64,000 nucleotides of DNA from the NCBI RefSeq assembly GCF_006345805.1, contig NC_043026.1, forward strand, positions 7,068,001 through 7,132,000, read 5' to 3'. Source of the stretch: Octopus sinensis (Eukaryota). Made by a program: the position numbers and the translations under genes. Of this stretch, positions 51,676 to 64,000 are shown piece by piece; positions within the stretch are counted from its first letter, which is position 1, and each line of letters begins with the position of its first letter. The notes under the pieces are model-generated. The model did not search any database. It had not been told where the DNA came from and saw only the letters and a list, made by a program, of their open reading frames with translations.

Positions 51676-53295
51676 TTTAAACTCGGTTGTTCAAATATTC
51701 GCGGCTTGGGGTCGTATAGGAAGCAAGGCTACCTCCTTAACGACCTTGGGTCACATCGTTTGGATGTAGTTGTAATTACCGAATCCAGACTGAGTGGGCT
51801 GCAGGCTTTTTCGCCCCTTCTAAATGGCTACGAGAAATACGTTTCTCCCTGTCGACCTGGAGGGGGCGGAGGATGTGCAGTGCTGGTCAGAAAAAACCTG
51901 GATTTAAAGATTAGAACTGTCTTTATAGATCCGGAAGGCAGGTTGGTCGTTTTGGATGTGACGCTCAGCAGTGGTAAAGTGTTCAGGCTGGTCGCTGCCT
52001 ATGCTCCCTGCAAAGGAAAAGCCGGGCAGAAAGATTACTTCAAAAGCCTAGAGAATTTTCTTGGCACATCAAACACGTTAGTATTGCTAGGTGACTTCAA
52101 AATAATTTGTGATGCACGCGTAGATTATGTTGGCTCGAGAAAGAATAGGAGGGGATTACCTCACCTCAACGATCTGCTAAGTCGTTTCGAGTTGGCAGAT
52201 CGATTCAGACTGGACCACCCAGACACTCCAGTGTGGACCTGGGCAAGAAACTACGGGTCGTCCAGATCTTACATAGATAGAATCATAACTAGAAGGAAAG
52301 ATAAGAAAATACTTAGCAGTCCACAACCCCATATCATCAGCTACAGCGATCACAAATTAGTGACCTGTACGCTCGACATAGATAGCATGTGTAGACAAGG
52401 TACCGGTTACTGAAGCTAAACAAGTCACTATTGGACTGTGAAGCCTACAAGAATTGGATTAAACAATTAGTAATGAGGGCATTAACCGGATCCATTATCA
52501 ACAATAAATGGTGGTATGCCCTGAAAAGAGCCATCAAATTTGAAGCAATTAGGTTTAGCAAAGAATTAGCTAGTGCTAGAAACAAAGTAGAAAAGGAACT
52601 AGTTAAGGCAATAGATGAGGCAATGAGGGCAGGCAGTGCATTGAAAGTGTTAGCGGCGAGGTTGGCACTCGACCAACATCTCAAAGCTAAACATGAAGGG
52701 TGCATTGTCAGGGCTAAGATCCATGCAATGAGACAGGAAGGGATCAACACAGCCGGATGGGCCCGGGTGGTAGAGGGCCAGCGTGGCAACAACTCAACTA
52801 TTCGATCTTTGACGGACCCAAATGGTCGATCAGTAAACGAACCTGTGGAGATGTGCAAGGTGTTTCACGATCATTTTGCCCAGCTATTCGGAAGGAGCGG
52901 CAGACTGGAGCGTGGGGAGAAGCTCTCAGACTTCCTAGCCAGTTTGCCGCGTCTATTGAGGCCGGATGCGGAATCTTGTGAGGCGCCGATCACAGCCAAG
53001 GAAGTCGAGGATGTGTTGGCAGACTGCGGCGGGGAAAAATCGCCGGGACTTGATGGTCTACCTTACGAACTCTATAGTAGCATGCCAGACTTGTTTGGGC
53101 ACCTACTTGCATGTGTGTACACCAACTGGCAGTAGAACGGGAGAATTCCTAAGTCTGTGAGCCGAGGGGTGGTAGCGCTGTTAAGAAAGGACCCAAACAA
53201 GGGGGATTTAATTGATAATTTTCAGCCCATCACTCTGCTTAATGCAGAGTTGAAGATTTTGGCCAAGGTCTTAGCAAAAAGGTTGGTGCAGGTCG
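51676..53295 (+). pseudogene. LINE ORF2 (APE endonuclease + RT N-terminus) with premature stops
   Basis: NIRGL, ITESRL, AYAP, LGDF, SYIDR, SDHKLV, KSPGLDGLPYE, FQPITLLN; in-frame stops at 52411 and 53133. Confidence 0.9.
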
Positions 53296-53339
53296 TGAAC
53301 TTGCGCCATCACTCGAAGGACCATCTACGACAATCTCCA

Positions 53340-54735
53340 CTTAAGTTAAGTTAAGTTGTTAATTTTTTGGCTCAAAAAGCAAAAAGCAAGGCCATGTAGG
53401 GGGATATGGAGTTATGTACAGGGAGGGTGTTCATGCAAAGAGTTCAGGCCATTTCTGGTCAAGAGAGACTTTGAACCGAGCAGTCATCGGCATCTTCTCT
53501 ATCTTGTCCGGCAGCTTATTCCAACCTGGACGGAGAAAGCCCCTCTCCTTCGATTGAGATGAAGTCGTCGCAGATAGAGCTTTTTGGAGTGACCCCGCAG
53601 CTGACGCTCTGGAGCAGGAGTGAAGAACAGCTCTTTCGAGAGGTTACACTTTCTGCTTATGATGTTGTGAGCGAGAATGAGATCAGCACGGCGTCGTCGT
53701 TTTTCTAGAGAATAAAGGTCGAGCGTCTTCAGCCTTTCTTCATAAGACAAATGCTTGAGACCAAGAACCATGTGGGTAGCCAGCTGCTGGACTCTTTCAA
53801 GATGATGTATGTCTTTGAGGAGATAAAGAGAAGAGGCTTGAATCCTGTACTCCAATATGGGTCTCACCAGCACGACATAGAGTGGTAGAAATATGGCTGC
53901 TGTGAGCATTCCGAATGACTGTCGAATCAAAAACAGAACTCCGTGTGCTTTGTTGGCAGCATGGACGCACTGGGCCGAAGGCGAAAAGGAAGAATCCACC
54001 AAGGTATCCAGGTCCTTTACCTGGTCGGTCCTCTCCAGCAGCAGATGACCCGGCTCAAAATCAAGTTGAGTTGCAGGAGAGGAGCCAACAGGCAGATGAC
54101 AGCACTTTGACACGTTCAGAAACAGGTCCCATTCATTAGACCATCTCCAAATTAGGTGGAGGCATCGACGAAGATCCTCTATATCACCGCGAGGAGCGAC
54201 CAGTTTAACATCGTCGGCAAATAGAAAGGTGTGTTGCGTGAGGTTGTCAGGCAAGTCATTTATGAAGACTAAAAACAATAAGGGCCCAAGCACTGAACCT
54301 TGAGGCACGCCACAGCTCGCACTGGAGACGTCGGACAGCGAACCATTAACTTGGACTTGGAAGGAGCGATTTGAGAGGAAGGCACAAACCCATCGTACAA
54401 TATCCAAATGGAAACTATATGCTTGAAGCTTGACAAGTAATAGGCGGTGGTTAACCGAGTCAAAAGCTTTGGCAAAGTCCAATAAAACGATGTCAACAGC
54501 ATCACTATCATCCAGGTTACGCATCACCAATTCTTCCATTACCAGTAAGTTGATCAAGCACGATCTCTTCGGCACGAAGCCGTGTTGGGAATCAGAGATA
54601 GAGGCTGTGTTTTGGAGGAGGAGTAACATACTTTTCTTAAGGATGGTTTTGAACATCTCGCTGATTATTGAAGTAAGGGAAACCGGTCGGTAGTTAAGCG
54701 GGTCTTCGCGGCTCCCTTTCTTGAAAATTGTGCAG
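53340..54735 (-). mobile_element. CR1-group LINE, 5'-truncated RT
   Basis: YRPVSLTS, QHGF, LDFAKAFDSV, GVPQGSVLGPLLF, FADD, YEERL..L.SLEKRR; (AACTT)n tail. Confidence 0.92.
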
Positions 54736-54949
54736 AACAAGAATAAACAAGTGAAGAAGGCATAAATGGTGCATGTGTTTATTTGGCAAAAAAAAAAAAA
54801 GACAAAGAAATAATGACTCCTGGAGATTTCACATCAGGAATCTTACAACACAAATCCGTAAACATAGAATTAATTTATTGGGTTGCATGGAAAGTTCTTG
54901 CCGAATTATAGTAGCTTACCTTTCGACTTATTTTAGAACATGGTTGAGT

Positions 54950-55216
54950 CCATAAATAGGATTTGACTACACCTCCATTTAGAGCAGAGTTTAAGTTATC
55001 TTTTCGTGGAAGAAGATTTATATTCCTATAACTTTTGTTAATTCTGTTACCCTTTAAAATGGAAGATAAGAAAGTTCATTTTCGGCACTTGATATTTTGG
55101 GAACCAGACAAAAATTGCTGCAGCTCGGCTGGGATGTGTTACCCCACTGTCCATATTCACCAGATATTGCTCCTTTGGTTTTCCACTTATTCAGGTCTCT
55201 TCAGAATAGTCTTAAT
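54950..55216 (+). pseudogene. Internally deleted mariner transposon
   Basis: [12 protein letters not shown]-terminus joined to [26 protein letters not shown] (YSPDLAP motif). Confidence 0.8.
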
Positions 55217-55524
55217 TAGTAGTGAAAGAGGATACCCTGAAAGCATAGTAGCTAGAATAATAACTGAGGAAAGTTCAGAAGGCTATTCTCTTGATTGTTA
55301 ACAAGCGCCTCTTCCTCAGAGTGAAAGAAAGTTAGTTACAGAACCGTCTGTGGACTGATTCTACAGCAGGGAGTTAGGTACAACGAGCTGTATAATATCT
55401 CACCCGTAAGGGACAGATGCAGGATGGGTCGAAACAATTATTGTGTTGAGTAAAGATTTTTGCTAAATCCATTTTCCATTTCCCCCATTCATTATATATA
55501 TATATATATATATATGTATGTACA

Positions 55525-55925
55525 TCTCTTTTACCCTTTTACTTGTTTCAGGTATTTGACTGCAACCATACTGGAGCACTGCCTTTAGTGAAACAAACTG
55601 ACCTCGGGACTTATTTTTTTGTAACCTTAGTACTTATTCTATCAGTTTCTTTTGCCAAACCACTAAGTTACAGGGATGTAAACAACCAACGTCAGTGTCA
55701 AGTGATGGTGGGGGACAAATACAGACACACAAACACACAAACACACACCACACACACACACACACACACACGATGGCCTTCTATCAGTTTCAATCTACCA
55801 GATCTACTTACAAGGATTTGGGCGACCCGTGGCTACAATAGAATACAATTGCCCAAGGTGCCACGCGATAGGACTGAACCCATAACCATGTGGTTCGGAA
55901 ACAAACTTATTACCATACAACTACT

Positions 55926-55930
<5 letters not shown>
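55525..55930 (-). mobile_element. SINE family A, diverged
   Basis: Reverse-complement match. Confidence 0.75.
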
Positions 55931-56016
<86 letters not shown>

Positions 56017-56295
56017 CACATGGAGGCAAACACTTTTCCCCATGTGATCGGATACAGAAATTGTTAAGATGGTAGGATATCTTCCTGCTTGAGTTAACAT
56101 CAAACCAATGGTAGCCATTAGCCATCATTCACAAATGAGGAAATTGCATACACCAATGCAGAGTTGAGGACTCATTTACATTGTTTGACATTTATGTATA
56201 TACACACACACACACAAGAACGCGCACACACACATGTACGTGTGTGCTGGCACCATCTAAAATGCACTGGTACTGGCACCAAATAAAAAGCACCC

Positions 56296-59200
56296 AGTTT
56301 GCTGTTGTTGTTGTTGTTGTTTCATCCTCAGCTTTTTCCTATTCCAACAAACCTTTAGTCAACAGTGTTGACTAAAGGTTTGCTGTTGTTGTTGTTGTTG
56401 TTTCATCCTCAGCTTTTTCTAATCCAACAAACCTTTAGTCAACAGTGTTGACTAAAGTTTGCTGTTGTTGTTGTTGTTGTTTCATCCTCAGCTTTTTCCT
56501 AATCCAACAAACCTTTAGTCAACAGTGTTGACTAAAGGTTTGCTGTTGTTGTTGTTGTTGTTTCATCCTCAGTTTTTCCTAATCCAACAAACCTTTAGTC
56601 AACAGTGTTGACTAAAGGTTTGCTGTTGTTGTTGTTGTTGTTTCATCCTTAGCTTTTTCCTATTCCAACAAACCTTTAGTCAACAGTGTTGACTAAAGGT
56701 TTGCTGTTGTTGTTGTTGTTGTTGTTTCATCCTCAGTTTTTCCTAATCCAACAAACCTTTAGTCAACAGTGTTGACTAAAGGTTTGCTGTTGTTGTTGTT
56801 GTTGTTTCATCCTTAGCTTTTTCCTATTCCAACAAACCTTTAGTCAACAGTGTTGACTAAAGGTTTGCTGTTGTTGTTGTTGTTGTTTCATCCTTAGCTT
56901 TTTCCTATTCCAACAAACCTTTAGTCAACAGTGTTGACTAAAGGTTTGCTGTTGTTGTTGTTGTTGTTTCATCCTCAGTTTTTCCTAATCCAACAAACCT
57001 TTAGTCAACAGTGTTGACTAAAGGTTGCTGTGTTGTTTGTTGTTGTTTTTTCATCCTTAGCTTTTTCCTATTCCAACAAACCTTTAGTCAACAGTGTTGA
57101 CTAAAGGTTTGCTGTTGTTGTTGTTGTTGTTTCATCCTCAGCTTTTTCCTAATCCAACAAACCTTTAGTCAACAGTGTTGACTAAAGGTTTGCTGTTGTT
57201 GTTGTTGTTGTTTCATCCTCAGTTTTTCCTAATCCAACAAACCTTTAGTCAACAGTGTTGACTAAAGGTTTGCTGTTGTTGTTGTTGTTGTTTCATCCTT
57301 AGCTTTTTCCTATTCCAACAAACCTTTAGTCAACAGTGTTGACTAAAGGTTTGCTGTTGTTGTTGTTGTTGTTTCATCCTCAGCTTTTTCCTATTCCAAC
57401 AAACCTTTAGTCAACAGTGTTGACTAAAGGTTTGCTGTTGTTGTTGTTGTTGTTTCATACTTAGCTTTTTCCTATTCCAACAAACCTTTAGTCAACAGTG
57501 TTGACTAAAGGTTTGCTGTTGTTTGTTGTTGTTTTCATCCTTAGCTTTTTCCTATTCCAACAAACCTTTAGTCAACAGTGTTGACTAAAGGTTTGCTGTT
57601 GTTGTTGTTGTTGTTTCATCCTCAGCTTTTTCCTAATCCAACAACCTTTAGTCAACAGTGTTGACTAAAGGTTTACTGTTGTTGTTGTTGTTGTTTCATC
57701 CTTAGCTTTTTCCTATTCCACCAACAAACTTTAGTCAACAGTGTTGACTAAAGGTTTGCTGTTGTTGTTGTTGTTGTTTCATCCTCAGCTTTTTCCTAAT
57801 CCAACAAACCTTTAGTCAACAGTGTTGACTAAAGGTTTGCTGTTGTTGTTGTTGTTGTTTCATCATCCTTAGCTTTTTCCTATTCCAACAAACCTTTAGT
57901 CAACAGTGTTGACTAAAGGTTTGCTGTTGTTGTTGTTGTGTTTCATCCTCAGCTTTTTCCTAATCCAACAAACCTTTAGTCAACAGTGTTGACTAAAGGT
58001 TTGCTGTTGTTTTGTTGTTGTTGTTTCATCCTCAGCTTTTTCCTCCTAATCCAACAAACCTTTAGTCAACAGTGTTGACTAAAGGTTTGCTGTTGTTGTT
58101 GTTGTTGTTTCATCCTTAGCTTTTTCCTAATCCAAAAAACCTTTAGTCAACAGTGTTGACTAAAGGTTTGCTGTTGTTTTTGTTGTTGTTTTCATCCTCA
58201 CTCTTTTTCCTAATCCAACAAACCTTTAGTCAACAGTGTTGACTAAAGGTTTGCTGTTGTTGTTGTTGTTGTTTCATCCTCAGCTTTTTTCTAATCCACA
58301 AACCTTTAGTCAACAGTGTTGACTAAAGGTTTGCTGTTTTGTTGTTGTTGTTTCGTCCTTAGCTTTTCCCTAATCCAACAAACCTTTAGTCAACAGTGTT
58401 GACTAATGGTTTGCTGTTGTTGTTGTTGTTGTTTTTTCATCATCTTAGCTTTTTCCTATTCCAACAAACCTTTAGTCAACAGTGTTGACTAAAGGTTTGC
58501 TGTTGTTTTGTGTTGTTTCATCCTCAGCTTTTTCCTAATCCAACAAACCTTTAGTCAACAGTGTTGACTAAAGGTTTGCTGTTGTTGTTGTTGTTGTTTC
58601 ATCCTTAGCTTTTTCCTATTCCAACAAACCTTTAGTCAACAGTGTTGACTAAAGGTTTGCTGTGTTGTTTGTTGTTGTTTTCATCCTCAGCTTTTTCCTA
58701 ATCCAACAAACCTTTACTCAACAGTGTTGACTAAAGGTTTGCTGTTGTTGTTGTTGTTGTTTCATCCTTAGCTTTTTCCTATTCCAACAAACCTTTAGTC
58801 AACAGTGTTGACTAAAGGTTTGCTGTTGTTGTTGTTGTTGTTTCATCATCTCAGCTTTTCCCTAATCCAACAAACCTTTAGTCAACAGTGTTGAGTAAAG
58901 GTTTGCTGTTGTTGTTGTTGTTGTTTCATCTCTCCTTAGCTTTTTCCTATTCCACCAACAAACCTTTAGTCAACAGTGTTGACTAAAGGTTTGCTGTTGT
59001 TGTTGTTGTTGTTTCATCCTCAGCTTTTTCCTAATCCAACAAACCTTTAGTCAACAGTGTTGACTAAAGGTTTGCTGTTGTTGTTGTTGTTGTTTCATCC
59101 TTAGCTTTTTCCTATTCCAACAAACCTTTAGTCAACAGTGTTGACTAAAGTTTTGCTGTTGTTTGTTGTTGTGTTTCATCCTTAGCTTTTCCCTAATCCA

Positions 59201-62200
59201 ACAAACCTTTACTCAACAGTGTTGACTAAAGGTTTGCTGTTGTTGTTGTTGTTGTTTCATCCTTAGCTTTTTCCCATTCCAACAAACCTTTAGTCAACAG
59301 TGTTGACTAAAGGTTTGCTGTTGTTGTTGTTGTTGTTTCATCCTTAGCTTTCTCCCATTCCAACAAACCTTTAGTCAACAGTGTTGACTAAAGGTTTGCT
59401 GTTGTTGTTGTTGTTGTTTCATCCTCAGCTTTTTCCTATTCCAACAAACCTTTAGTCAACAGTGTTGACTAAAGGTTTGCTGTTGTTGTTGTTGTTGTTT
59501 CATCCTTAGCTTTTTCCTATTCCAACAAACCTTTAGTCAACAGTGTTGACTAAAGGTTTGCTGTTGTTGTTGTTGTTGTTTCATCCTTAGCTTTTTCCTA
59601 TTCCAACAAACCTTTAGTCAACAGTGTTGACTAAAGGTTTGCTGTTGTTGTTGTTGTTGTTTCATCCTTAGCTTTTTCCTATTCCAACAAACCTTTAGTC
59701 AACAGTGTTGACTAAAGTTTTGCTGTTGTTGTTGTTGTTGTTTCATCCTTAGCTTTTTCCTATTCCAACAAACCTTTTGTCAACAGTGTTGACTAAAGGT
59801 TTGCTGTTGTTGTTGTTGTTGTTTCATCCTTAGCTTTTTCCTAATCCAACAAACCTTTAGTCAACAGTGTTGACTAAAGTTTTGCTGTTGTTGTTGTTGT
59901 TGTTTCATCCTCAGCGTTTTCCTAATCCAACAAACCTTTAGTCAACGGTGTTGACTAAAGGTTTGCTGTTGTTGTTGTTGTTGTTTCATCCTTAGCTTTT
60001 TCCTATTCCAACAAACCTTTAGTCAACAGTGTTGACTAAAGGTTTGCTGTTGTTGTTGTTGTTTCATCCTTAGCTTTTTCCTATTCCAACAAACCTTTAG
60101 TCAACAGTGTTGACTAAAGGTTTGCTGTTGTTGTTGTTGTTGTTTCATCCTTAGCTTTTTCCTATTCCAACAAACCTTTAGTCAACAGTGTTGACTAAAG
60201 GTTTGCTGTTGTTGTTGTTGTTGTTTCATCCTCAGCTTTTTCCTAATCCAACAAACCTTTAGTCAACAGTGTTGACTAAAGGTTTGCTGTTGTTGTTGTT
60301 GTTGTTTCATCCTTAGCTTTTTCCTATTCCAACAAACCTTTAGTCAACAGTGTTGACTAAAGGTTTGCTGTTGTTGTTGTTGTTGTTTCATCCTTAGCTT
60401 TTTCCTATTCCAACAAACCTTTAGTCAACAGTGTTGACTAAAGGTTTGCTGTTGTTGTTGTTGTTGCTTCATCCTCAGCTTTTTCCTAATCCAACAAACC
60501 TTTAGTCAACAGTGTTGACTAAAGGTTTGCTGTTGTTGTTGTTGTTGTTTCATCCTCAGCTTTTTCCTAATCCAACAAACCTTTAGTCAACAGTGTTAAC
60601 TAAAGGTTTGCTGTTGTTGTTGTTGTTGTTTCATCCTTAGCTTTTTCCTATTCCAACAAACCTTTTGTCAACAGTGTTGACTAAAGGTTTGCTGTTGTTG
60701 TTGTTGTTGTTTCATCCTCAGCTTTTTCCTAATCCAACAAACCTTTAGTCAACAGTGTTGACTAAAGGTTTGCTGTTGTTGTTGTTGTTGTTTCATCCAT
60801 AGCGTTTTCCCATTCCAACAAACCTTTAGTCAACAGTGTTGACTAAAGGTTTGTTGTTGTTGTTGTTTCATCCTCAGCTTTTTCCTAATCCAACAAACCT
60901 TTAGTCAACAGTGTTGACTAAAGGTTTGCTGTTGTTGTGTTGTTGTTTTCATCCTTAGCTTTTTCCTAATCCAACAAACCTTTAGTCAACAGTGTTGACT
61001 AAAGGTTTGCTGTTGTTGTTGTTGTTGTTTCATCCTTAGCTTTTTCCTATTCCATCCAACAAACCTTTAGTCAACAGTGTTGACTAAAGGTTTGCTGTTG
61101 TTGTTGTTGTTGTTGTTTCATCCTTAGCTTTTTCCTATTCCAACAAACCTTTAGTCAACAGTGTTGACTAAAGGTTTGCTGTTGTTGTTGTTGTTGTTTC
61201 ATTCATCCTAGCTTTTTCCTATTCCAACAAACCTTTAGTCAACAGTGTTGACTAAAGGTTTGCTGTTGTGTTGTTGTTGTTGTTTCATCCTTAGCTTTTT
61301 CCTAATCCAACAAACCTTTAGTCAACAGTGTTGACTAAAGGTTTGCTGTTGTTGTTGTTGTTGTTTCATCCTCCTTAGCTTTTTCCTATTCCAACAAACC
61401 TTTAGTCAACAGTGTTGACTAAAGGTTTGCTGTTGTTGTTGTTGTTGTTGTTTCACTCGTTAGCTTTTTCCTAATCCAACAAACCTTTAGTCAACAGTGT
61501 TGACTAAAGGTTTGCTGTTGTTGTTGTTGTTGTTTCATCATCCTTAGATTTTTCCTATTCCAACAAACCTTTAGTCAACAGTGTTGACTAAAGGTTTGCT
61601 GTTGTTGTTGTTGTTGTTTCATCCTTAGCTTTTTCCTAATCCAACAAACCTTTAGTCAACAGTGTTGAGTAAAGGTTTGCTGTTGTTGTTGTTGTTGTTT
61701 CATCCTCAGCTTTTTCCTATTCCAACAAACCTTTAGTCAACAGTGTTGAGTAAAGGTTTGCTGTTGTTGTTGTTGTTGTTTCATCCTCAGCTATTTCCTA
61801 TTCCAACAAACCTTCAGTCAACAGTGTTGACTAAAGGTTTGCTGTTGTTGTTGTTGTTGTTGTTTCATCCTTAGCTTTTTCCTAATCCAACAAACCTTTA
61901 GTCAACAGTGTTGACTAAAGGTTTGCTGTTGTTGTTGTTGTTGTTTCATCCTTAGCTTTTCCCTAATCCAACAAACCTTTAGTCAACAGTGTTGACTAAA
62001 GGTTTGCTGTTGTTGTTGTTGTTGTTTCATCCTTAGCTTTTCCCTAATCCAACAAACCTTTAGTCAACAGTGTTGACTAAAGGTTTGCTGTTGTTGTTGT
62101 TGTTGTTTCATCCTCAGCTTTTTCCTAATCCAACAAACCTTTAGTCAACAGTGTTGACTAAAGGTTTGCTGTTGTTGTTGTTGTTGTTTCATCCTTAGCT

Positions 62201-64000
62201 TTTTCCTAATCCAACAAACCTCTAGTCAACAGTGTTGACTAAAGGTTTGCTGTTGTTGTTGTTGTTGTTTCATCCTTAGCTTTTTCCTATTCCAACAAAC
62301 CTTTAGTCAACAGTGTTGACTAAAGGTTTGCTGTTGTTGTTGTTGTTGTTTCATCCTTAGCTTTTTCCTAATCCAACAAACCTTTAGTCAACAGTGTTGA
62401 CTAAAGGTTTGCTGTTGTTGTTGTTGTTGTTTCATCCTTAGCTTTTTCCTAATCCAACAAACCTTTAGTCAACAGTGTTGACTAAAGGTTTGCTGTTGTT
62501 GTTGTTTCATCCTCAGCTTTTTCCTATTCCAACAAACCTTTAGTCAACAGTGTTGACTAAAGGTTTGCTGTTGTTGTTGTTGTTGTTTCATCCTCAGCTT
62601 TTTCCTATTCCAACAAACCTTTAGTCAACAGTGTTGACTAAAGGTTTGCTATTGTTGTTGTTGTTTCATCCTCAGCTTTTTCCTATTCCAACAAACCTTT
62701 AGTCAACAGTGTTGACTAAAGGTTTGCTGTTGTTGTTGTTGTTGTTTCATCCTTAGCTTTTTCCTATTCCAACAAACCTTTAGTCAACTGTGTTGACTAA
62801 AGGTTTGCTGTTGTTGTTGTTGTTGTTTCATCCTCAGCTTTTTCCTAATCCAACAAACCTTTAGTCAACAGTGTTGACTAAAGGTTTGCTGTTGTTGTTG
62901 TTGTTGTTTCATCCTCAGCTTTTTCCTAATCCAACAAACCTTTAGTCAACAGTGTTGACTAAAGGTTTGCTGTTGTTGTTGTTGTTGTTTCATCCTTAGC
63001 TTTTTCCTAATCCAACAAACCTTTAGTCAATAGTGTTGACTAAAGGTTTGCTGTTGTTGTTGTTGTTGTTTCATCCTTAGCTTTTTCCTATTCCAACAAA
63101 CCTTTAGTCAACAGTGTTGACTAAAGGTTTGCTGTTGTTGTTGTTGTTTCATCCTCAGCTTTTTCCTAATCCAACAAACCTTTAGTCAACAGTGTTTAGT
63201 AAAGGTTTGCTGTTGTTGTTGTTGTTGTTTCATCCTCAGCTTTTTCCTATTCCAACAAACCTTTAGTCAACAGTGTTGAGTAAAGGTTTGCTGTTGTTGT
63301 TGTTGTTGTTTCATCCTCAGCTATTTCCGATTCCAACAAACCTTCAGTCAACAGTGTTGACTAAAGGCTTGCTGTTGTTGTTGTTGTTGTTGTTTCATCC
63401 TTAGCTTTTTCCTATTCCAACAAACCTTTAGTCAACAGTGTTGACTAAAGGTTTGCTGTTGTTGTTGTTGTTTCATCCTCAGCTTTTTCCTAATCCAACA
63501 AACCTTTAGTCAACAGTGTTGAGTAAAGGTTTGCTGTTGTTGTTGTTGTTGTTTCATCCTCAGCTTTTTCCTATTCCAACAAACCTTTAGTCAACAGTGT
63601 TGAGTAAAGGTTTGCTGTTGTTGTTGTTGTTGTTTCATCCTCAGCTATTTCCTATTCCAACAAACCTTCAGTCAACAGTGTTGACTAAAGGTTTGCTGTT
63701 GTTGTTGTTGTTGTTTCATCCTTAGCTTTTTCCTAATCCAACAAACCTTTAGTCAACAGTGTTGACTAAAGGTTTGCTGTTGTTGTTGTTGTTGTTTCAT
63801 CCTTAGCTTTTCCCTAATCCAACAAACCTTTAGTCAACAGTGTTGACTAATGGTTTGCTGTTGTTGTTGTTGTTGTTTCATCCTTAGCTTTTTCCTAATC
63901 CAACAAACCTCTAGTCAACAGTGTTGACTAAAGGTTTGCTGTTGTTGTTGTTGTTGTTTCATCCTTAGCTTTTTCCTATTCCAACAAACCTTTAGTCAAC
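56296..64000. repeat. Satellite array, ~81-bp unit, ~95 copies, runs off the window end
   Basis: Unit AACAAACCTTTAGTCAACAGTGTTGACTAAAGGTTTGCT(GTT)nTCATCCTYAGCTTTTTCCTAWTCC. Confidence 0.98.

Larger units (their letters stand above)
49222..53295 (+). mobile_element. L1/Tx1-clade LINE, 5' part (ORF1 plus APE endonuclease and start of RT), 3'-truncated
   Basis: Two-ORF layout; interrupted by SINEs; breaks off after KILAKVLAKRL. Confidence 0.85.

Noticed and set aside
55395-55450. Hammerhead-like GAAACAATT motif, loosely similar to the reverse complement of 14262-14310
   Set aside because: CUGANGA box and stems could not be assigned convincingly
56296-64000. CRISPR-like array (35-bp palindromic repeat with ~46-bp intervals)
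   Set aside because: Intervals are near-identical rather than unique spacers, there are no cas genes, and the context is eukaryotic; it is a satellite

Overview
Repeat-saturated, AT-rich eukaryotic DNA. The SINE families and microsatellite density look like octopus/coleoid cephalopod DNA (pattern recognition, not a database result). No complete host gene is evident, only a few candidate exons and promoter-like islands. Contents: many copies of several tRNA-headed or RTE-tailed SINE families; fragments of RTE, CR1-group and L1/Tx1 LINEs; a decayed Penelope-like (PLE) reverse transcriptase; two mariner derivatives; 126-bp and 18-bp tandem arrays; a 1.05-kb tandem duplication; and a terminal ~7.7-kb satellite of ~81-bp units, each with a 35-bp perfect dyad. 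The most notable signal is a set of four apparently unrelated short elements that each carry a minimal type-I hammerhead ribozyme motif (CUGANGA...GAAAC with a tiny palindromic stem III), mostly in inverted-repeat structures. One of them has a tRNA-derived head, which suggests a ribozyme-bearing SINE mobilised by PLE machinery. Almost all long ORFs in the supplied track are microsatellite artefacts. Coordinates were read by eye; element boundaries are approximate.
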